DNA of 61,858 bases, the filler included, from Platydemus manokwari (Eukaryota), in assembly GCA_037951405.1 (NCBI GenBank). It is 5 parts of 5 records of this genome, joined end to end, with 100 filler letters (N's around TTAATTAATTAA, not from the genome) between each part and the next. Parts side by side here need not be neighbours in the genome. Positions count along the whole stretch, not along the records: positions 52,107 to 61,858 come from JBBMOY011209876.1; 4 more parts are not named here. The stretch is one strand, 5' to 3'. Of this stretch, positions 52,107 to 61,858 are shown in pieces. Every line of letters starts with the position of its first letter. The stretch's first letter is position 1. The notes beneath the pieces were generated by a model that saw only the letters and a program-made list of their open reading frames with translations, had not been told where the DNA came from and did no database searches. The translations under genes and the position numbers were made by a program.

Positions 52107-54659
52107 AATTCGAGAAAAATAATAAATAATTAACAGATGGGTAGCTTTCAATAAAAAAATATATATAATACTGAAAACATAATTAGATGCACTGAAAAAA
52201 CTATGCTACAAATCGCTGCCAAGATTAACCACTATGATTATACATCAGTAGTTTATTCGAAATTAGTTGACAATTTTCGATGAAACTAAAATTATTTATT
52301 GAAAAAATAAGAAACCGAGAAACTATTATTTTCATCAATTTTAAGATTTGCTTAATTCAGAAAGTGAATAATCATTAACTAATGCTATTTTACTTATTTT
52401 ATATTTTAAATAAAAAAAATGAGTTAGAAAATTTGGTTTTTATATCAATCCGGTGGATTTGTACGATGTTTTACTTCCGTGAGGCACTGATCAGTTTCGC
52501 AGCTGTTTTAATTGTTTCATTTTCTTAAGTGACATTTCAATAATAATCAACTGTTTTTTATCACAACCGTTGTAAAGTTATAAATCTTATAATTAGTTTA
52601 TTAACATAGAGATACGATCAGAATTACAATTCCATTCACCTTTTACCTGTCTAGTCTCATCATAATCAGCTACATAAAAATCAATAGCAATATAATAATC
52701 AAAGGCCTTTACGACTACTTCCAGATTTTTCATTTTCAACTTGTACGATAATTCATCTACATCCGATATCAAACAAAAGTATTAAAATGTGATACAATAT
52801 ATTTAGTAACTGATATTATGTGGATGATATTTTATAATTTCCTTTCATCATGCAGGAAAGTAAAATAGTTTCCAAAGTCTGCTATTATAGACAAAATAAT
52901 AATGATACACCATTTTTAAAACATTTCTCCGTAACTTAATGACTCTGTGATTAAGATTCAATTTAACTCATCAAAAATTAAAACATAAGAATATAAAGAT
53001 AGGAAATAAAATTTTAAATCATCTTTATATTTACGACTGTCTTTAAGCATTGAAAATGCTTAGTATTATTACAAAATTAATTTTCCGAAACACACATTGT
53101 TTGAACAAATTAACGATTAAAAATAACATTTTCGATGTCAAACCAATTATTGAAGTTAAATATTTAACTCTGCCCGCAATTAGAAATCAAATATTCGAAA
53201 ACTATTTTTCAATGATTGCAAAATGCGAAATCTGACAACGAAAGAGAAAATATGTCATATTTTTCCACCAATCAGAAATAAAATATTTCTAATTAAGTCA
53301 CCATTAAAATCAATTAGTAGTTGGCAACACAACACCTGAAATCAAACTAAACCTTAAAATAATACTCAAACGAAATAACTCTTATTAATAGTATAGTGAG
53401 AATTATTACATTGTATATCAGTGGCTGCCCTATATTTCCAAAATTTTCAGTTGTTAAACAATCCTGATTTCGTTTTTATTGATTCTGTTGAGCTAATTTT
53501 GTGTGGAAACTTGTTTGGCTTTAAATAAATAGATTTTGGTGCGAAGCTTGTACTTTTATGTACTTGGTATTTGATGTGTCAATAAATAGGTTAGTGAGAC
53601 AATAATATACCGGGATAAACTCATCAATTATATTTTCGGTATATGTTTTAATAATTAGAATTTGTTGATATTTAACATTCAAATTAAAACTCATCAAATT
53701 TGTGTTTTCCAGCGATTATTTACTCCATGAGTTATACTCTGTATGAATTGAAGATTTGTATTGGAATATGAATAGATTAATTTCAAATGTTATGAGACTT
53801 GTTTATACAACAAAATTTACCCAGCCATTTATGAAACGCAGATCATTAATTTGATCTTCACCCAAGAAGAATCACATCAAACCAATTAACACCCGATAAC
53901 CTTGGATTTTAAAATAACACACAGAGAACTTCTGTAAATGAATAACTTTTCGAAATTGTTGCTTCTGAGAAACATTTCATAATTGTTTGATTTGCAATTT
54001 ATTAATATTTTTTCAAATTAATATAAATCGTAAGAAAAATATTTTTGTATGTTACTAATGAACTTTTTGGATAAATCAATTTCACCTGTATATTGTGAAT
54101 TATTGAAATAGCTGAAATCAGTTGATAGGTCAAAGCAACTTGTTTCACTAATAACAATTATAAATAAATTATCTCTATTCCGCCCCGGATAGAAATCAAT
54201 AATTAATTGAAAAAATCAAGCAACGACCAATGGCAAACCAAAATGTTCAGAAGTGTAGGACGTGTTAGACTATCAATTAACGGACCATCCAATCGTCCAT
54301 GATGCATATCGATGCAATATTATCTAGTCATAATCATTAAAATTTCACTGCAACCATAAGCGTGCAGAGATATTGATTGATCGCAATTTTTACGAAAAGA
54401 TAATCACATATAATCTTCATAAACAGAAATATCAAACCAATAAGAAATAGAAAACAAAAAACTTGATCGTATTCATAAACTCATCTCTGCATGTAAAGAA
54501 ATCAATGAATACACAAAGTTGCATCATAGACATCTCGAATAAATAAAAATGCTGTACAAAATGATAACAGTTCCAGTAATTGATGCAATTATTTGTAAAG
54601 CACCGAAATGATGATAACCAATGAGGAAACATTGGTGGAGAATATATAAATCGATATTA

Positions 54660-57600
54660 TTATATATCGGTGCTCCTTTCAACTAATCTATCCACAGTCA
54701 TCTGAACAATATCTCCACAATTCTTCAGGGTATTCACTGCAGTCGAGTGGTCAATACCAATGAAGCTGATGTTGTTTACCTGTGCACATATATATATGAA
54801 TATATCGAAACACTTATTCACTGGAAAATTTTACTCACGTTGAGAATTTTGTCTCCCACTTTCAACTGCCCATCAGCTGGACCAGATGAGTTTACTTTGG
54901 CAATAAAAATTCCCTGCAATTGAATTATTCAGACTCTATTAGCTCAGTTACATTATAAAAAGCAAACCTTATCTGAAGGCCTGAAAGGATTTGGGTTAGA
55001 CGTTACTCCTCCAGTAATACTAAATCCAAGTCCCTTATTCCTCTGAATCGTTACTGTTACATGAGCAAAATATGTACGACCGGTCGATTGGATATGGTTG
55101 TTGTCAATGATATTGGCAGGATCATCAATAATACTCGGACTAATCGATGTGAGTCCGGGATGATGAATATCAACCATCATTGCGTGCCCGCCCGCTGAGA
55201 GAGAATTTGAAACGAACTGATTGAGGTATGGAGGGTTTTTTGAAGTATTGCATGTTGATAAGTTTGGTGGAGTGCGGCACGGTGGTGGAGGAATGATCAT
55301 GTTGGCAGCTCGAGGATCTTCTAATTGTGGACAAGGTGTAAAATGAGGAGTATTTGGTGATGGTAGCATTCTAGATTGGTCAGGCATAGTAGTTGCCATC
55401 TGCATTTGCCAGTCAACTGGGAGTCCGACTTCTGCACCTGTGAGAGTACCTTGTCTAAATGGAGGTGATGGTAATGGCCTTTGAGGTGGAGGAGGAGGCT
55501 GTCTCGATGGTGGAGGTGGTAATGGAGAAATTGTAGTAGAAGCAACACTATCTGGTCGGCGACTGATCGGTGTGCTAGAGCGCATGATACGGAGCTGATC
55601 ATAAGGATTTTTGAAATGAGTTTGAGATTTGTGACTATGACGAGATCTGTGTTGTCCAATGCGACCTTCTTTTCTTCCTGAATTCATTACTAGACCCGTA
55701 TCGGTGCTATATCCACTCTGACGACCACCAACCATACCACCACCAGCAGGATGAAGTCCGTAACGTACTCCATTAGCATTCATCATTGGACCACCAGATT
55801 GTAAACCGGCTCTGCCCTGAGATGGATTGCTCGTCAAAGTATGATTACCGGATTCGGATGATTCATGAATTTGTCCAAGAACTCTATCCGTACCCACACC
55901 ACCTAACATCTGCCCATAACGACCTCGAGAACGACTTGCTTGTAAAGCTACACTATCTGATTCGTATCCGCATCCACCTCTACGTGACACAGATTTGTGA
56001 TAGCCACCATTGTGAGTCACCGGATAAAAAGGTATTTGTTGGTTATAAAACATATTTCCCTGCCACATTAGTGAATTGTTCATGAAATTGGCCATTTCCG
56101 GATTGGAAGCAATCGATGAAGCGGTGACCATTATACAATCACCGTTTCCAAGCGATACGGGATGACTTACTTGATTGATTGTTCCTTTACCGTATTTTCC
56201 CAAATTATGTTTGCCGATATTCACTTGCTTAGCAGGAGCATCTTTTGGCAATTTGCCTTTAGCCTGAGCCTGAAAGAAAGAAAACAAATAAAAATAATTT
56301 GAAAATTCATTTGTTAATCTAAAGATTTAATAACTACGAATTGCTTACTGAATCCGAGGTAGCTTCATCATTCCATTGCACCACTCTGGGTCGACTCTCT
56401 TGTACGACCTGCCAAGCACTTGGATCATTTTCCACTGCATCAGGATCGTCTGTGTTGGTCATTTGTGGCAGTAAATAACAAACGAGACATTTGCGACCTG
56501 TGTCGACATCTCTCTCAGATTGTAATTGCACCAATGGTTGTATCTGGTTGTCATTGAGCCAAACCGCCTAAAAATTATCCAATGTGATTAGTGATTCAAT
56601 TCATTGATATTTGTTTTATCTCTACAAATCTTTGTGAAATCACCTGCAATTCTCTCAGTTTCAGAAATGAAATCGGTAAGAATTTCACTCTGTTATTACT
56701 CAAATTGATCATTCGTAACCGAGGAATGCGCCCAATCTCGTCTGGCAAATACTGGATCTTATTTCCCCGAAGAGACAACACAGTGAGAGAACTGCAGCTA
56801 CCAATCTGATAAGAGAATAATATATCATATCAGTCAATCAATTAAATTGAACTAACTTCAATTGGTAATTCAGTGATCCCGTTCATATCTATATGCAGAT
56901 CCCTCAATCGACGCAAGAGACCTATAGAGGGTGGTAGATGGACTAAATGGTTGGAGGACACATACAATTGGGTGAGAGATTCCAACCTAGAAAAATTATT
57001 CAATGGATCATTTTCATTTCTCAATATACAGAGAAATTATCATTCGGTTACGCTACAGTAAGCGTCAACATCATGCAATCTGCTCGAGCATTGCGATTTG
57101 CCTCTCGTGTCACACATCATTCAATTAGAAATGATGAAGAAATAAAGACAGAAGAAAGAAGCTGCTAATTGAACAGAGAGAATATCTCATGATAATATCC
57201 TTTGACAAGTCCATTGGGATCATGGTATATTAATTAAACATATTCATATTCAATATCTCACTGATATTCAGTTGAGATGCCAATTGCAAGATCAAAACAA
57301 AAATCAAACTCAAAGTATATATTCTCACCTTTCAACTTGAGATTCGTATTCAATTAAGCAATTCTGTTAGAAATGATTACAAAAAAAATAACAACAATCA
57401 AACATTCACGTGTCAATAAGCAATCCTTTGCTAATGTTGACAATCTATATAAAAAAGAAAAAAAATAATGAGAAAAAGAAAATTCTAATATAATAATTTA
57501 AGAAATAGTTAAATATTAAATTTCGAATAAAAACAGAGATAGAGAGATGGTGGCTTAAAACTTATCAAATGAATTCATTTTGTAATTCTCATGACGAATA

Positions 57601-59511
57601 ATATAAAATCATAAAACGTAATCCAAATATGCACATACCATCAATAGCGTATAATGTTACAGAAATATTTTCGATATATGGTATCACTTCTTGTCAATTA
57701 TATTCAAGATCAATATTGCATCAATAGTATATTAATAGCTAGCTTACAAGATACATATATTACATAAATAATATATCTGCATCATTATTTCATTATGTAT
57801 GTATTGGGAGCAAAAAATATTACATTATTTTCAAATAAATATCATCAATACGTTTCAATAAAATATCTTAGTACTTGTTATTAAACTGTAACTGTATCGA
57901 TAATTATCCTACCAATAATTCATGTAATTCTTTACTGAAGATGTTTTAAGCATACATTTTGTCTGCATGAGTATAATTTTCATAGAACACCAGAACAATT
58001 ATTGTGAGAATCTTATACATAAGAATGTTGTACTGGTTCCAAAATGGATACCGGAAAGAATTGCTGATACCATTTGTAATATCGAGAACATTTGATAAAA
58101 TCCGAAAACACTAAAACCACAACAAAAAAACAATCGAAATTGCTTGTCGTGATTTAGCATGTTACTAATATTGAAAACAAAATATGTCACGTGATTTGGT
58201 TTTGAAAATAATTTACAAATTAAAAGGAAATCAATTTAACGATTGAATATTTTTGAATTCTTGTATAATCGAAAATGACTTTTTTAACTTCATAACAGAA
58301 CTGATGAAATAATGTCGTATAAATTCGTGTCTTATAACAGTTTGAAGAAAATCATTGGCACAAATCAAACAAATACGTGCGTATTTGTGTCGTTGTTGTT
58401 GTTCATTGAAAAGATCTGAAAAATTCAAAATTTCACAGACACTTTAGAGGAAACAGAAATTTTATTGATCAATCTGTCAGTTGCAGAGAAATACAAAGTC
58501 AATTTGAAACAATTTTTTTCTAATTCAGAGAAGATTTATGAATCACTTTTGGAACTAAATATATTATTTCGATTATCACATGATATTATTAATATTACAA
58601 TGACTGAAGAAGTGAAGCTAACAACGATCATTGTATAAATGTCCTATTGATGGAAATATTAAGGAAATACTTAACCTTAATTATTTACACCAGTCCATTT
58701 GCTCGGCATAATTTCGAAATGGTATCACAATCAGTCATGATTAATATGATACATTAAATTTGATTGAATAATTATCATTGTGGGCATCCATCATGCTATT
58801 ACGTGCCGTTATTAAAATTATTCGATTGACAGCTGGCAACCGCCGCCATCGCGACATAGTCAAGCTATTGCGACACATCAACAGCATCGAAATGGTATTG
58901 AAACTAGAAATTACTGCACACTTTGTTCAATGGTTTGACAGATGGAAAGTGTCAGATCGATAGGCGCGCGTATGTGTGTTTATGCGCTTCAAAAGTCAGT
59001 GAGGTGGTATTTAATTCCGCTTTCTCGGATCCCAACGCGATGGCATTATTGAGAAGGTCTATTTATTCTTTGTATGCATATCTTTGAATCTCCCCCGCAA
59101 TCTCTGATATATTTATCATGCCTACTGCGCCCCCTACTGTATGAGATTATTTTCACTTACTGGCCTATGGAATCGGGAAGTCTGGTGAGTTGGTTGTTGT
59201 CCACACGGAGATTAGTCAGTTTAGCTAGCTGGCCGATCATGGTTGGCAGAGATTGGAGTAAATTGTTGCTGACTATGAGTTCTGTTAGTAGACTACACAA
59301 GCACACAGAGTCTGGCAGAAATGTTAGACAATTTTGTTGCAGTTCCAATACTTGTAGATTAGAACAGTGCCCAATCTTCTATCGAGAGAAAAAACAATGA
59401 TTATAATAGCGGAATCTTATAAAAATGTTTTCCTACCTCAGGTAATGAAGCCAGGTTATTCTTGTCTGCGCTCAGCACGGTCAGTTGCGTCATTTTACAT
59501 ATGGATTCGGG
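54660..59511 (-). CDS. LAP-family LRR + single PDZ protein (Erbin/Densin-180/Lap1-like), 5'-incomplete; exons 59511-59437, 59378-59161, 56986-56857, 56805-56644, 56567-56349, 56269-54968, 54913-54839, 54779-54660
   Basis: LRR repeats (LxxLxLxxNxLxxLPxxIG), a LAPSD-like segment AVWLNDNQIQPLVQLQ..LVCYLLPQ, a Pro/Gly-rich linker and the PDZ domain GLGFSITGG..NPFRPSDKGIFIAKV..GPA..LKVGDKILNVN..IDHSTAV, which carries the Erbin/Densin NPFRP signature. All splice phases are consistent and the gene ends in TAA. Confidence 0.93.
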
Positions 59512-61858
59512 CTAAATTATATTATTCATTAATATTAAATCATCACTATTATTACATTTTAATGGTAATTATAGGTATTATCATAATAATAATTATTATT
59601 ATAGTAATAGTGACCATCAAATTTATCTAATAATGTAATGGCAGTTTCAGTGATACAAGATACAAATTCATTTATATATTCTTGCTCTTAATTAATTGAT
59701 TTCATTGTACCAAATGCTAATTAAATATCCCATAAGCCCCAAGCAGGCAATTATTTCCCAAATTTGTCTGTAAAGCTACGGTCGCCATTTTCTATTAGTA
59801 TTGAAACAAAAATAACCAGAATTCTTTATTTTTTCGAAAAGTGCCTATGTTAATGGCACCATTGATAAATAGAGTCGGCATAAAGCACTGAGTTCAAATG
59901 GCTACACATAAATTTACATTTTCTCTTTGAGTAATTTTCAATTGACGGCTTTGATATCTCCATCTATGATTAGAGGAGCGGCGAAAACTATTTGTCAATT
60001 TTTGGATTATAAAGTTCATTTAAATAGCCTTTGCGGTTTAATAAGAACGATATTCTCCTTTCCACTTCGCCTAAGAGAAATTTACTCTTAGGAAAATATT
60101 TGCTATCACTGTCCATAGCAAAATATCACTATTTTCGAATTAGAGTTTTAAATAACTGCTTCAACCAATAGACAATTTTGATCTTGATGATTATTTGTTT
60201 TTGGTGTAAAATTATAAATAACCTTTTAGAGCACCTAAAAGTCCGACACACACAACAATACCCCCCATAAGTATCAAGAAATATTTTATCAAACTTATCA
60301 ATTTTATAAATTCTTTTCAAATGACAAAATTGCTCTGATTATGAATAAATAATTGTTATCAGCATTTTCCAAACTCATTTGTTAAAGAACCGATTCGATA
60401 AATGATTTTACAAATTAATGAAATAATTAGATTAAAAAACTGTATTTAATTTTTATTCGATATTTTAAAATTACATGACTTCTTAATAAATGATTAGAAT
60501 CCTACAATATTTTCTAGAAAAGAATTATTAACTATATTTGTTAGGAGTTTGTTGTTAGGAGACCCACCTGATAGAACGACCTTGTAGTTTTTTGTAGTAG
60601 CAAGATATGACCTCGAACAAAGGTCATTTCACTTGGATTGAGTATCACTTTCCAATTAATAATGGGCTCCCATCGTAATTACATTTCGGTTTCTCATTAT
60701 ATTATCCTTTGAAATTATTCAATAGAAAATTCCCAACCCTTTTCATATGTAAGAATTTAAATTGAAACAAGCTGTATAAACTTATTTCTACATAACTAAT
60801 TTATTCCACATTTGGAGTAAATATTTCAGAGTTTTTTCACTCTTGCTTTTATCAGTCTAGTGTCAAAAATGATTTCATTGGAATAATATTGCAAATCAAA
60901 TTCCAGAAATCAGTGGATTACTTTGATGCAAATCAATTATTTTAATCAATAACTAATAGATACGGTACAAATTTGGGATGACTTTTTGGTATATATATTT
61001 CCATTCAGATGATTTATTAGTTAAAGAAATTCACCGTATACTTTTAATTGTTAAACTTCATTATTTTGATTTTACAATTTATAAAATTATAACAATCACC
61101 TTGATAATTATCAATAACTTTCTAGATTGTGGTGATCAGACACAAGTCAAATAAAACCTTAGCATGTGCTATTTATATCCCTAATTTTCAACATAGCCAA
61201 TTTCCTATAAGTAAAACAAGCCGAAAGTCATTGTATTCTTGCTATATATTTCTTGAATTATCTTTTAAAAAAACTTGCTAAATTTTTTAATAATAAAATT
61301 AGAAATTCCAAATTTTTCTCAAAATATTATAAATCCTTAATATTGACTTTCGATTGTCAATTACTTCCTTTAATAATATAATATATTAGAATAACATGAA
61401 TCATATTTAAGTGCATATTAATCAATTTTTTAAATTTTTATTAAATTACCACTTAAATTGATGATGTTTCCTGTTGTACATTTTACATAAATTCTACTGA
61501 GTTCTGACCTAATAAATTCCTGACACTTCTAATCTCGTGTTTAAGGTCAGACACGTTCTTTCAGTTGTATTTAATGGCGGCACAGGGTTTACACTAATAG
61601 TTGTCTCCATTAATATAATATCAGTTTTTTTAAAATGGAACTTTTTTGGGGATCTGGGGGGAATCGCGTAATTTTTTTTTACATTATAATAATATATCAT
61701 TATATGTATATATGTACCCGTTATTGCACAGGACACATAGGGCTGCTTGTAATAAAAGATTTCCTCATTTGTCGGTCTTTTGCCCTTTGCTTTGCTGTTT
61801 CCCATGTAAGTCTTTTATTTGTCAGCATATTATCTGTTGTTCCTTTCCATGTCTCTTT

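Noticed and set aside
21961-54662. TAA/TAG reassignment (alternative genetic code) to explain in-frame stops
   Set aside because: The LAP gene ends in TAA at the family-expected position, intact genes contain no internal TAA/TAG, and the relics also carry TGA stops and frameshifts.
55321-56085. Alternative-frame and antisense ORFs over the large LAP exon (also over the GPCR and epsin)
   Set aside because: Shadow ORFs of real coding sequence.
57990-58100. WFQN peptide (homeodomain-like) or an IL-17-like reading on the plus strand inside the LAP intron
   Set aside because: No surrounding homeodomain helices or cysteine pattern, and stops are nearby.
59700-61805. Short ORFs, including the 98-aa ORF at 61509-61805
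   Set aside because: No LRR pattern or recognisable domain; probably transposon debris in a LAP intron.

Overview
This is AT-rich eukaryotic DNA with short GT-AG introns (mostly 37-79 nt). An OAMB-type octopamine receptor points to a protostome invertebrate. The window is not contiguous: five contigs (1-14056, 14157-31849, 31950-41330, 41431-52006, 52107-61858) are joined by an artificial 100-nt spacer, N44-TTAATTAATTAA-N44. Recognisable genes are an intronless alpha-adrenergic-like octopamine GPCR, a 3'-incomplete ACSS3/PrpE-like acyl-CoA synthetase (7 exons), the 5' part of epsin (ENTH plus 2 UIMs) and the 3' part of an Erbin/Densin/Lap1 LRR-PDZ gene (8 exons). Two spliced genes had to be assembled by hand: a 3-exon 76-aa microgene absent from the ORF track and a 6-exon Ser-rich gene. 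Decayed material includes apparent relics of ATM and THADA, a Chapaev3-like DNA transposon, a Gypsy-like LTR+PBS+gag followed directly by an R2/NeSL-like RLE retrotransposon, a second Gypsy pol relic, a hAT terminus and a dispersed repeat family. All homology calls were made by eye against motifs recalled from memory and need database confirmation. I found no evidence of CRISPR arrays, rRNA or tRNA, and I cannot claim a wholly new biological system; the best leads are listed as findings.
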